Sequence record: OQ992561.1
DNA: 64,000 bases
Strand: one strand, 5' to 3'
Of the stretch, positions 9,962 through 28,506 are shown piece by piece. The notes under the pieces were generated by a model. It was given only the letters and a program-made list of their open reading frames with translations, searched no databases and was not told where the DNA came from. Position 1 is the stretch's first letter. Every line of letters begins with the position of its first letter. The position numbers and the translations under genes are program-made.

Positions 9962-11521
9962 TTAATTAGAAACTTCTTCTTCGATTTCAACATCATCTAA
10001 AGTTTCAGTGCTATCATCTTCTACAGTTTCAATAACTTCTTTTACTGGTAGTTTTGCATAAGGATCAACAACACCAGTGAACCGCTCAACTTTAATCTGT
10101 TGAGACAGCCATGCTGCCATTAGTGAAATTAGTGATTGTGTATTGAGTTCACGTAGAGTGGCCTCAGGATACATTTGACTAAATTCATCAACTGCTAGCA
10201 GATATTGCCAGTAAACATTTTCTGTAAAGAATGTTTTACAGATAAGTTTACCAAAGGTGATATAAGGATTCTTAAGATCTTCAGTCGTCATCGTACTCAT
10301 TGCTTCTTTAATACGATATTCGAGTTCATTAACATGGCGATCTTTAAGTTCAGTATTAATGACACCATCCATAAATGATTCATGAATGTCATTGCGTAGT
10401 TTACGTAAACCTTTATCCATAGCCGATTGTTTAATCAGCGGATATACTGATAGCCAACGTTGAATAAACTGTTCTGAGTTATTAAGAATCTGTTCTAGGT
10501 AAATGTTATTACTACCTGCTACAGCTGCACCAAGGATAGCTTGGATGTCACCACCGGCTAATTCAAATTGAGGTGCAACATCACCATTAATGATTACTTT
10601 GCAACGAGAATTAGCAACTACATTATTAGCTTCTGAGGCTAGGATGAGTAGACCTGCATCACGATCAGCTTGACGACGTTCATAAGCACGCTTGAGATAG
10701 AATCCAAACATCTCATGTAGTTTACGAATAGTTAGTGACCATGTTTCTAGGTCAACATCACTCTCGCCAATAACTTCAACCGGGTTATCGATGTAGTGAC
10801 CGCAAATCATGTAAGCCAGAGCTAGTGAATCAACAGTGAATGGGAAGGACCTACCCACAACATATTCAAGTTCACCTGGAATGAGAAGACGACCATCATT
10901 GAAGATAGAATTCCACACACCTTCAATAACAGCGGCACTATTAGGAATAGATAGTAGCCATTCTTCAACTTCAGTTTGATCTAGATGCGGATTACCCATT
11001 GACACTAACCGAATAATTTCATTAGCATCAATTGATTCTAGAATAAAGGTACGATACTCAGGTAGCGGCTGTAAATTATTGTATCGTGTACTAACGTGTG
11101 CAGTTAAGCGGGGATCACTATGAACTGCATTATAGTGGTAGAATGTAGCGCTTACATCTGGTTGACAACTAATGCTTTGACGCTCATTAAAAACACGTAC
11201 CATATATTCAATTGCAGGGCAAATAACATTCTGCGTATTGAATTGGATCTTTTGTAATGATGAGCAGACATGTGCAATCAGAGCTTCTTGCTCTTCTTCC
11301 ACACTAACAGGTTGCTCTTGGTTAGCTTCCTCGAAGAACTCTTCTACAGATGCTTCCAGCTCTTCAGAGAGGGCAACTTTATTAGAGTTGCCATCTACAC
11401 TGAAACCATCTGCAAAGACCGCAAGGGGATATGTTTCATTAGGGATAACTAGAACAAGGTTATCCTCAGTTAGACTACGTGCTGAGCCAACAATCGCAGC
11501 TTGGGTTTCTTTACAGAACAT
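9962..11521 (-). CDS. Conserved virion-block protein (gp177-like)
   Basis: 519-aa ORF, AAGGAG SD, synteny. Confidence 0.65.
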   Translation of the reverse strand: MFCKETQAAIVGSARSLTEDNLVLVIPNETYPLAVFADGFSVDGNSNKVALSEELEASVEEFFEEANQEQPVSVEEEQEALIAHVCSSLQKIQFNTQNVICPAIEYMVRVFNERQSISCQPDVSATFYHYNAVHSDPRLTAHVSTRYNNLQPLPEYRTFILESIDANEIIRLVSMGNPHLDQTEVEEWLLSIPNSAAVIEGVWNSIFNDGRLLIPGELEYVVGRSFPFTVDSLALAYMICGHYIDNPVEVIGESDVDLETWSLTIRKLHEMFGFYLKRAYERRQADRDAGLLILASEANNVVANSRCKVIINGDVAPQFELAGGDIQAILGAAVAGSNNIYLEQILNNSEQFIQRWLSVYPLIKQSAMDKGLRKLRNDIHESFMDGVINTELKDRHVNELEYRIKEAMSTMTTEDLKNPYITFGKLICKTFFTENVYWQYLLAVDEFSQMYPEATLRELNTQSLISLMAAWLSQQIKVERFTGVVDPYAKLPVKEVIETVEDDSTETLDDVEIEEEVSN

Positions 11522-11532
11522 TTTAACACTCC

Positions 11533-11730
11533 TTAGATATTGAGGTTCTTCATTAAGCGAGCGTTTAAAGCTGCTGCAATATCAGCCTCAGTTAAAAACT
11601 CCCCATTCAGAGATGGGGAGCTGGTGGTGCCACCAAGCGATTGTAGAATTGCTTGAGTACCTAGTTTAACAGCAGCATGAAGAACAGCAATGTTCTGACC
11701 ATGTGCTACATTATTACTTAGCTTTTGCAT
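11533..11730 (-). CDS. Small 65-aa protein coupled to the vRNAP beta gene
   Basis: AGAGGA SD inside the end of the beta gene; 17-nt overlap. Confidence 0.65.
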   Translation of the reverse strand: MQKLSNNVAHGQNIAVLHAAVKLGTQAILQSLGGTTSSPSLNGEFLTEADIAAALNARLMKNLNI

Positions 11731-14700
11731 TAGTGTTTCCTCTATATACAGCTACAAGATGTTTTCCAGCTGCCCACAAGATACCAGTTGTTGTAGCAAT
11801 GATTTTAGGAGATAGAACCATTCGTTCTTCTACCGATGTATTACCGAATAGTAGATCAATATTACGGCCATCTTCAGTTTCATTACGTCCAGTCATTACA
11901 CGGGAGAATACCGTTTTCATCTGGTTAGCTACTACGCCTTTATCTCCAACACCACATGGGATATCATGATCGATATACACTCGAATAATCATGTGGTCAT
12001 ATTCTAAGGCTCGTCCTTTCACTCGATAGTTAGCATCTACTTGTCCAGTGAAAGTAGGTTCTTTCAATGATTTAGCTCGTTCAGCGCGTTGTTTATCTGA
12101 CGTATTAGCTAATGCTTGTAAACTTGGTGTCATATCGTCTATTTCACCATGATAGAAGCATTCAATCTTTGATACTGTACCTACGAGCTTAGCACGTGGC
12201 GAATATGCTGATAGTTTGCGTAATGTCTCAATAGATGCCTCGTCATATAGTGAGTGAGCAGCTGTTTCAGGATCTTCAATTATACATAGAATTGAATTTA
12301 AGTCGACGTGATCCCCAACTTTCACCATATCTCGAATAGTCTGATCAAACCTAACATCGATATTCTTGATTGCAGTTGTTTGAGTATTTAACCTTTTAGC
12401 TAGGTCTTCAGAAATAACTGAACCGTCTTCTAAAGTGTCAAGGTTATCATCAAATGCTACAACAGCCATACAACCGGCTTTCCATAATACTTGCCCAGGC
12501 GTATACCTATCTTCAGAGAAATAACGTTTGTTATATGTGATAGTATCTCCACGTTTAAACTTATCACCTTTCTTTAATGAGGTAACAAGAATGTGTGGAT
12601 AGTTAACACCAGCTGCTGTGCCATGAACTGTACCTAATTGATATCCAAATACATTACCATCGGCATATTTAACTTGGATACCATATTCATCAATAGCTAC
12701 AACCTCACCATCTTGTTCTGCTGCTACAGCAAAGATAGAACTAGTCCTTTGGGCTATGATTTGTTCATAGCCTGTACGAACTGGTGTAACTGTATACCCA
12801 TCAGCATAAATACCTTGCTGCTGCTGAATTGAGATAAAGTTAATTCGCTTAGGGTCATCATGTTCGGTTGCAACACCAAGCAGTGCACTAGTTGAGAGTA
12901 GTCTAGCTGGCCCATCTGTCTTTGGATCAAACATACGCGTAACACCACGCATGTTTACAAAGTTAGCATCAGGTACTAAGTAAGCAATAACACCAACGTC
13001 ACCTGAGTCCACAGTTGATTCACTGACCACACCAACATCCGCTTCACCGTAAATACGTGTACGTGCAACCATTGAAGTTGGACCGCGTCCACCATCTCCA
13101 CGATAAGTCATCGCTTCTTGTTCACGGATATTTGCAATGGGGTTAGAATCTTCAATAGTGGCTACTGTCGGATCTTGTACAATCTTGCACCAGATCACGT
13201 GTGGATCTAACTCGACAGTTTGCACTGACCCACCATTACGCATATTAAATACACGTACCGCTCTATTGAGTTCATTAAAAATAGCCCCTGCCATGCGCTC
13301 ATAACCACGATAGCGCATATATGCACCATCTACTTCTGCTGGACTCCAGTCGTTCGTTAATAACTCGACAGACCGATAAAGCAATCCTTCAAAAGTAGTT
13401 GGTTCACCCATCTCCTTGAGTAGACCCTCAGTGATTGGATCGACCCATGCTGAGAAGAGTGTATCAATATCACGTGTAAATCTATTACTTAATCCAGCTT
13501 CTTCAAGAACCCTGAAGTAAACATCTCGTTTATTGAAATCATAAACAGAATAACGCCGCAGTGATTTATGATAACGTTTGAGTCCACTTAATACAAGCAT
13601 TGCTTTATAATCAGCTCGATCAAATACTAGGATCTCATCAGCGAACGCTAATGTATAATCCGTACTATTGACAACAATCCTGGTACCACGCTGATGACGC
13701 TGATAATTAACATTCAACTTCTTAAGTAGATTGTTTAAGCCATGGTGATATGCTAAAATGAAACCTAATGGTAGCTCTTTACCACCAATTGACATTAGAA
13801 TAGCTTCTAACGGCGCTTTGGTTAGATCTAAGCCAAGTATATCTGTAATGGTACCAATAGGTTCTAGCTCATTACCTGTTTTCATGTAAAAGATGGAATT
13901 CTTATCTAACAAGATAGCATCAGTGCCATTGAACCCAACCATTATCAAATCATCAGTTTCATAATCTTCGATATGTAATCCTTGTTTTGCAAAGAATTCA
14001 TTACGATCTTTGAAATTAAAATAGAACACATTACGGTGATTATGGAAGCCTTTAAAAGCTGTTCCTAAAGTAGTGTACACCCTTGGTAGAACATAGTTGG
14101 ATTGATCTAATTCAGCATAGGTAACTGAATGTACAGACATATCACTTCCATCTAATGCACGGTTGGTAATCGCTCTGATTAACCAATTATCAAAGTTGTT
14201 TTCAGCACGTTCAGATCTGGTCACAAAGGTCTTATTATAATAAGAGGTCAATGCAACTTTACGTGGATTAACTTTACGAATTGGAATATCAGCACGTTGT
14301 AAACGTTGGCGATATGTTACCCCATTAGACATGAACCTACCGTCATTATCAATGACAGGGATACGGAACATTACTTGTGAACTTCTACCACGAATAGGCT
14401 TTAATGTAACTTTGTGGATTTGGTAATGGTTACCAGAATCGCGTACAGTTTCAATTTTGTAATTAGTTACTGATACGCCTTGTTTCTGAACAGATAACAC
14501 ACTGTTTAAAATATCTTTCTTTAATAAGACCTTGTTGTATTTGCGTTGGATGGCTTTTAACTTACTACCCAACATTGATTTATCAACAATGGTTGGCTTA
14601 TCTTCAAAAGTGGTGTCTTCTGGAATCTTAAGATCATCTGGATGATATTCCATCGCCTCAGCGATCGTCATAGGTTCTACTGATTCATCATTAGGATCGG

Positions 14701-16072
14701 TAAATGGATCAGGTAGACGACGATACATAATCGAATCTTCTTGAGCTTGCTCGAATGTATTCGCAGAAATCATATTCACGCGATACATGTCGTATGCTTT
14801 AGCTCTAATGGCATCGATTAGTTTATCTTCTTCATCAACTTCAGTATTGATGAATAACTCATCTTCTGGTACATCTGTTACAATGAGTTCCTTCTCTTCT
14901 TTAATTTGGCGAGAAGGTGAAGATTCCAGTGGATCTTTTTCAATGATAAGCTTTGTTACCTCAAGATCACTTTCTGGTGGTGGGGTATATGTTACCTCAA
15001 TTGCGCCAATATCAATTAAGTTAGTTAAGTTGGTTGGGTCAAATTGAACATCATCAATAACATCAACTTCAGTTACTTCTTCTTCTTCAACGTTATTAGA
15101 CTCAACATCCTCAACCTCTTCTGCTTCACCTTCTTCATAACTAACCGGAGTTTCTTCATCAACAATAATATCTTCATTAAAGATAGGCGTATCTTCTTTA
15201 ATTAATGAAGTATTACCTTGGTTATATTCAACCATCGCTGATACTAGTGAAATAAGGCGCCTAGCTATTTGCTGGGTATCATAACCTTTATCATCTTTAA
15301 TTTCTGGATCACGACGCCATTGATCAAGCATCCCTAAGTTAATAACAAAGAATGAACTTTGTACACGGAATAAAAGATTAATGTTACCGTAATACTTAGC
15401 ATCGATGACATTCATGAAAGAACTTTCACGATCATCAGAAACCCAGCGAACTAAATCAAATATATTTAGAATATCAGGTGTATTGAATTGATTAGCTAGA
15501 TCTTGAGTTAAACCCCCTCGTAGTTTATTAAAAGAAGAAGGAGGTGGAACTAACTCAGGTAAGTGTACATCAATGAACTGGTTCCAACCAGGAAAACGTT
15601 CACATGCAGCCGCTACGCCACTCCAGAATGTACGCATGTCATTTGACCAACGGAACCATGTAGCTTTATAAGAAGCCATATAATTCCATTGAGGGTTAAT
15701 TAAATTATAATTCATTACCAGAATGTTCTGGTTTGATAATTTAAAACCGGTATCACTGCGTAAAGGTTTAAAGAAACGGTTCTGGCGGCGAAACTCTTGA
15801 ATCATTGTTGCTGGGATATTTGAAGTCCTACGTGGATTACCTTCAAATGTAAGCATATCAGTAACATGCTCAATATATACTTTACCTTGATGTTTGGAGA
15901 ATAATGGGTCTGTTTGACTAGGACCCATTACTGCATTATTACCATCGAAGAACTGATAAATGGATTCGAAAGGTAGATCAAGTTTATTTAGAGCATGCAA
16001 CTTAGGTGACTGAAGTTTAGCATATTCGCGTACACTATAATTTTTCAGAAACTGTGTAATATTTAAGCGCAT
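11714..16072 (-). CDS. rpoB: Virion RNA polymerase beta subunit, N-terminal/main part (phiKZ gp178-like)
   Basis: 1452 aa; beta motifs GVVSESTVDSGDVG (cf. CPIETPEG region), EHDDPKR, EDGSVIS, GDKGVVANQMK, IDLLFG. Confidence 0.9.
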   Translation of the reverse strand: MRLNITQFLKNYSVREYAKLQSPKLHALNKLDLPFESIYQFFDGNNAVMGPSQTDPLFSKHQGKVYIEHVTDMLTFEGNPRRTSNIPATMIQEFRRQNRFFKPLRSDTGFKLSNQNILVMNYNLINPQWNYMASYKATWFRWSNDMRTFWSGVAAACERFPGWNQFIDVHLPELVPPPSSFNKLRGGLTQDLANQFNTPDILNIFDLVRWVSDDRESSFMNVIDAKYYGNINLLFRVQSSFFVINLGMLDQWRRDPEIKDDKGYDTQQIARRLISLVSAMVEYNQGNTSLIKEDTPIFNEDIIVDEETPVSYEEGEAEEVEDVESNNVEEEEVTEVDVIDDVQFDPTNLTNLIDIGAIEVTYTPPPESDLEVTKLIIEKDPLESSPSRQIKEEKELIVTDVPEDELFINTEVDEEDKLIDAIRAKAYDMYRVNMISANTFEQAQEDSIMYRRLPDPFTDPNDESVEPMTIAEAMEYHPDDLKIPEDTTFEDKPTIVDKSMLGSKLKAIQRKYNKVLLKKDILNSVLSVQKQGVSVTNYKIETVRDSGNHYQIHKVTLKPIRGRSSQVMFRIPVIDNDGRFMSNGVTYRQRLQRADIPIRKVNPRKVALTSYYNKTFVTRSERAENNFDNWLIRAITNRALDGSDMSVHSVTYAELDQSNYVLPRVYTTLGTAFKGFHNHRNVFYFNFKDRNEFFAKQGLHIEDYETDDLIMVGFNGTDAILLDKNSIFYMKTGNELEPIGTITDILGLDLTKAPLEAILMSIGGKELPLGFILAYHHGLNNLLKKLNVNYQRHQRGTRIVVNSTDYTLAFADEILVFDRADYKAMLVLSGLKRYHKSLRRYSVYDFNKRDVYFRVLEEAGLSNRFTRDIDTLFSAWVDPITEGLLKEMGEPTTFEGLLYRSVELLTNDWSPAEVDGAYMRYRGYERMAGAIFNELNRAVRVFNMRNGGSVQTVELDPHVIWCKIVQDPTVATIEDSNPIANIREQEAMTYRGDGGRGPTSMVARTRIYGEADVGVVSESTVDSGDVGVIAYLVPDANFVNMRGVTRMFDPKTDGPARLLSTSALLGVATEHDDPKRINFISIQQQQGIYADGYTVTPVRTGYEQIIAQRTSSIFAVAAEQDGEVVAIDEYGIQVKYADGNVFGYQLGTVHGTAAGVNYPHILVTSLKKGDKFKRGDTITYNKRYFSEDRYTPGQVLWKAGCMAVVAFDDNLDTLEDGSVISEDLAKRLNTQTTAIKNIDVRFDQTIRDMVKVGDHVDLNSILCIIEDPETAAHSLYDEASIETLRKLSAYSPRAKLVGTVSKIECFYHGEIDDMTPSLQALANTSDKQRAERAKSLKEPTFTGQVDANYRVKGRALEYDHMIIRVYIDHDIPCGVGDKGVVANQMKTVFSRVMTGRNETEDGRNIDLLFGNTSVEERMVLSPKIIATTTGILWAAGKHLVAVYRGNTNAKAK
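12999..13031 (-). repeat. 33-nt dispersed repeat, copy 1 (in vRNAP beta, encodes VVSESTVDSGD)
   Basis: 31/33 identical to 58443-58475; inverted orientation on the genome. Confidence 0.9.
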
Positions 16073-16074
16073 GA

Positions 16075-17727
16075 TTAATCCCTTTGTTTGGGTTCCCCAG
16101 TCATGTACCGAAGAGTTAAATTGAGTGTATGGACACCAACACTAAATGCCAGTCGACCATCGGCATGTATATATGCAATACGTTTCTTAAAGAAAGCGTC
16201 TGTTTCAGCGATAGCTTCCTCTGAATAAACTGCGTTAAATGATACAGTGTCCCCGTCGAAATCCGCCCCCAATGGCGCGAGAATAGAAGGAGAGATGGAT
16301 ACTGAGTCATGCCACTGGGCTGGTTTATTTAATTCAAACACAGGGAATTCTAAGGCTGGTTCCAACGTATCATCACGTTCCCATTGATCATTTAACGGAT
16401 AACGTAATTCACCCACTACGGTTGTTTTAACATACATCTTACAGGGGATAGAGCTATTGTAGTTTTCTACAGGATATCGTGTAACAAACGCTGAGTTTGT
16501 TCGCCACATACTTAATCCACTAAGGTAAACTAATTCGGCATAAGTAATAGGTCTAACAAATTTCTTATTTAGATTAGTAGGTAACTCATCGATGTTGCGG
16601 AATATTTTAAAATTCTGTTTATCATCAACGTAAATAAGGGCTAGATAATGATCAGCAATTTCAATTGCACGTGAACGTTTTTCAATGACATCTAACTCAT
16701 TGATGATTTGTTCTTGCCCTTCAGGAGTTCCCCATAGATCCATATCTTCGTTAGAGATATCAACCCATTCTAAACGTAGTGTTTTCTTATTGATGAGCTG
16801 TACAGTGTTAGTAACTGTATCAAACACTTCACCAACTACACCTTGCCTTAGTGCAAAGATTGTACGTGGTGCAACAGAACGAGCTGCTTGATGTAAGCCA
16901 ACTACGGCATCTTTGAATGTTGGTCGATTAGGTGAATCAAGATCAGCAGCATTAGTATCTAGCGAACTAATGACGTTACGTGTACCATTGGCAATACGAC
17001 GGGATGCCCATTTAGATTGAATGTATCCACGTTTACCGGATAGCAGTCGTTCATAATGTTCATAAATAGCTAATACGGTGTTTTGCATTGCTACTCGTTT
17101 GCGATCATAGATACTCAAGTCATCATTTGGTCCAAAGCTATCAGGTACACCAAACGACTGATTTAATAGATACCTATAGTGTTCATTGATCTCATCCATC
17201 TCAACACGATTATTCTCATCAATCTCTGCATCACGATAAGCGGCTGGTGTTACAAGCATGTCTTTAAAAATACAGTTATCTTTATATTTTTCGATTAATT
17301 GTAACCTTGATAGCCGAACCCCTGACTTAGTGGACCCAAAGTCAATTCGTTTCCAGTTATCAAAAAAGAATGTATAACCAGTTTTACCAGTTAGTTCATC
17401 GGCGCGGATAAAATCTTTAATAGATTCGTCAAATACTGCAAATGCCTTACCAAGAATAATTTCTTCATAGAAAGCTTTTAATTTAATTAAGTTTCGATAT
17501 ACAGCTGGATGGATAAGTTCTAAACCTAAATGAATATATCCAAATAAACTCTCACGATCAGTTGATCCAACTCTTCCAAAAATGGAAACAGAGAACAAAC
17601 CATCTTCATGAAAGTTACCACCTAAACCTTCAAATATCTCATGACTCTTTACTTGACCTAAGAACTTTAATTGTTCTTTAGTAGGAATAAGTAAAGAAAT
17701 ATTAAAAGGAACTAATGCCTTCTTCAT
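16075..17727 (-). CDS. rpoC: Virion RNA polymerase beta' subunit part with catalytic motif (phiKZ gp180-like)
   Basis: GADFDGD catalytic triad; DGLFSVSIFG, GKRG..RR, RYP motifs. Confidence 0.92.
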   Translation of the reverse strand: MKKALVPFNISLLIPTKEQLKFLGQVKSHEIFEGLGGNFHEDGLFSVSIFGRVGSTDRESLFGYIHLGLELIHPAVYRNLIKLKAFYEEIILGKAFAVFDESIKDFIRADELTGKTGYTFFFDNWKRIDFGSTKSGVRLSRLQLIEKYKDNCIFKDMLVTPAAYRDAEIDENNRVEMDEINEHYRYLLNQSFGVPDSFGPNDDLSIYDRKRVAMQNTVLAIYEHYERLLSGKRGYIQSKWASRRIANGTRNVISSLDTNAADLDSPNRPTFKDAVVGLHQAARSVAPRTIFALRQGVVGEVFDTVTNTVQLINKKTLRLEWVDISNEDMDLWGTPEGQEQIINELDVIEKRSRAIEIADHYLALIYVDDKQNFKIFRNIDELPTNLNKKFVRPITYAELVYLSGLSMWRTNSAFVTRYPVENYNSSIPCKMYVKTTVVGELRYPLNDQWERDDTLEPALEFPVFELNKPAQWHDSVSISPSILAPLGADFDGDTVSFNAVYSEEAIAETDAFFKKRIAYIHADGRLAFSVGVHTLNLTLRYMTGEPKQRD

Positions 17728-17802
17728 TTTCTATTTTCCTATTTTGGTAATACTAAGTTAAACAACGATATGATACTTTACTAATCGTCAATGGAGTTTA
17801 AT

Positions 17803-26566
<8,764 letters not shown>

Positions 26567-26624
26567 ATACTTGGAATAGTTATTTATTGTAACCATTCTT
26601 AAACCAATGTAATAGGTAATTAAC

Positions 26625-26930
26625 ATGTCTCTACTTAAAAAGATCGGTCTAGCTTTAATTGGATCAGAAGGACGTAAGGAAGTTTTTGAACAAGAATTAA
26701 CTAAACTATCAAATTCTAATGCAGTTATTGATCAAATGGTGATTAATTTACTGGGTAGTAAGAAGAAGTTAGATGACTTCCTAATTAAAGCTGAAGAAAT
26801 TGATAATAAGAAACTAGGCTTCATTAAAAATCGAGCCGAACTTATTAAACTAGTCAAATCTAAATATTCACAAGACCCTCGGGTTGCCGATGTAGTAGTG
26901 TCACTTTACATTGGTGGTTTCATTTATTGA
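26625..26930 (+). CDS. Hypothetical basic protein
   Basis: ORF with AGGT SD. Confidence 0.7.
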   Translation: MSLLKKIGLALIGSEGRKEVFEQELTKLSNSNAVIDQMVINLLGSKKKLDDFLIKAEEIDNKKLGFIKNRAELIKLVKSKYSQDPRVADVVVSLYIGGFIY

Positions 26931-26937
26931 GGTAAGT

Positions 26938-27630
26938 ATGTCTAAACCTAATCTTGAGTGGTTAGCTTCCTTAGAAAGTAAAGAAGCTAAAAGTACAGTA
27001 GATTCTTCCGATATGGATAATGATCAAAAGGAAGGTAGCGATAAGTCTCAACAAGATGAAGCTACTGAACCTGAGAAGAAAATTACTGCAACTGATGTAC
27101 AAATTGCAATTGAAGAATATGCGCGTATCCGTGCATTAACCACTACTAAAGATCTTCCAACTGACCCTGAACCAGGTGATACTTATCATGTAAATGGGGT
27201 AGATTGGATTTATCAAGAAGATGGTGGATGGGTAACTATGCAAGGTATTTATGGCCATGAACATTTTGATGAAAATGGTCTAAATATTGAAGCAAGTGGC
27301 ATTGACCAGAAATCAGGTGCAACTAAACGTTATGTGGTAACTGGTTATAATGCTCAGACTAACCCAGCTGCTATGCCTGGTGATAACCTGACTGAATGTG
27401 TTATCCTAATGCAGAATGGACTTGTTCCAGAAGTTGGTGTAAATGGCCTAACTGCTGACTGTCTAATTAAAATCGTTAAAGATTTATTTGAAGGTTACCA
27501 AACAGGCCCATTTGCATGTGAAGAGAATCAGGTAGTGATTAATTCAATGGACCGTGCTCTTAGTGCAATTCATCAACGCTTAGTACGGCGTAAAGAACAA
27601 GGTACTGAAGGTACCTATAGTGGTAATTAA
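26938..27630 (+). CDS. Protein with acidic N-terminal leader and C-terminal Tad1-like (Thoeris anti-defence sponge) domain
   Basis: GAGGT SD, ATG 26938; C-terminus MQNGLVPEVGVNG...YQTGPFACEEN...RRKEQGTEGT matches the recalled Tad1 pattern FQxGPxxExGxNG...FQxxxF/YxCREN...RxxxGxEGT. Confidence 0.7.
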   Translation: MSKPNLEWLASLESKEAKSTVDSSDMDNDQKEGSDKSQQDEATEPEKKITATDVQIAIEEYARIRALTTTKDLPTDPEPGDTYHVNGVDWIYQEDGGWVTMQGIYGHEHFDENGLNIEASGIDQKSGATKRYVVTGYNAQTNPAAMPGDNLTECVILMQNGLVPEVGVNGLTADCLIKIVKDLFEGYQTGPFACEENQVVINSMDRALSAIHQRLVRRKEQGTEGTYSGN

Positions 27631-27636
27631 CATATT

Positions 27637-27657
27637 GCCTCCCTTCGGGGAGGCTTT
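27637..27657 (+). terminator. Intrinsic terminator (CCTCCC family, UUCG loop)
   Basis: gcctccc-ttcg-gggaggc-ttt. Confidence 0.85.
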
Positions 27658-27666
27658 ATATCGTAT

Positions 27667-27692
27667 TAAAAAAAATTTGAGATTTATATTAC
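27667..27692 (+). promoter_or_regulatory. phiKZ-type early promoter
   Basis: A-tract TTTGAGATTTATATTAC, core 27685-27692. Confidence 0.7.
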
Positions 27693-27737
27693 TAATGTGT
27701 AATTAGGAAAATAACTATCTAGTAAAGAGGAATCATA

Positions 27738-28232
27738 ATGAACGTTGTAATCTTCACTGCCCGACCTATTGGTTATAAAGTTCCTGGTCCTAACTCCGCT
27801 GTAAATAAGTTTGAACTACATACAGCTAATGCACCTAGTGTATATAGTTCTTCACCAGGATTACCAATTACCACTCAAGAAAGTAGTTGTATCTATACAC
27901 TCACTTCGAATCATGAGCTAGTCGCTGGCATCACCGATAATGATAACTCCCTCATGGTTTTTAGACTAGTACTTGCGTATAATAATGATACAGCTAACTA
28001 TCTAATTAGTACCCAGGTTATTGATAGTAGCGCTGAACTAAAAGGAGTGGAAATCATTAGTGAACTCAGTTTCAGTGTAATTGATACTGGTGCTCATGCG
28101 ATTCGTCGAGTGAATTCGATCGGTGTATGTGAGGCTGTTGCCGCTCGATGGTCGCCAGTTGCAATTGTAGCTGATACTAGTGGTGAAGACTTTGGCGATG
28201 TATGTACCTCATATATCAAATCGAGTAACTAG
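27738..28232 (+). CDS. Hypothetical early protein
   Basis: GAGGA SD; ORF. Confidence 0.75.
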   Translation: MNVVIFTARPIGYKVPGPNSAVNKFELHTANAPSVYSSSPGLPITTQESSCIYTLTSNHELVAGITDNDNSLMVFRLVLAYNNDTANYLISTQVIDSSAELKGVEIISELSFSVIDTGAHAIRRVNSIGVCEAVAARWSPVAIVADTSGEDFGDVCTSYIKSSN

Positions 28233-28476
28233 CATGGTAGATAAAGACAAAACAATGGTAGATTTGGTTAAGTCAGCACATGAGCTGATTTCACATCTTG
28301 ACACACTAAATAAAGTAGCAGCTACCATTAATCTAATTGGTATGCCAGATGCTTTAAAAGAAGTAGTTAAACTCCCCGATGTAAAATGTGTTGTATATAA
28401 ACGACCATTAACTGACAATCTAATTAAGATTGTCTTTAATGATGGTAGTTGCTTTGTAATGAAAGATGTAAATTAA
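28180..28476 (+). CDS. Hypothetical small protein (true start possibly 28235)
   Basis: ORF in operon. Confidence 0.6.
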   Translation: MVKTLAMYVPHISNRVTSMVDKDKTMVDLVKSAHELISHLDTLNKVAATINLIGMPDALKEVVKLPDVKCVVYKRPLTDNLIKIVFNDGSCFVMKDVN

Positions 28477-28506
28477 ACCACCACCCTAAATAGAGAGAGT
28501 ACTAAA

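Noticed and set aside
17769-17772. TATG late-promoter motif between the divergent beta' and gp181-like genes
   Set aside because: Plausible by position, but a 4-mer cannot be supported from sequence alone.
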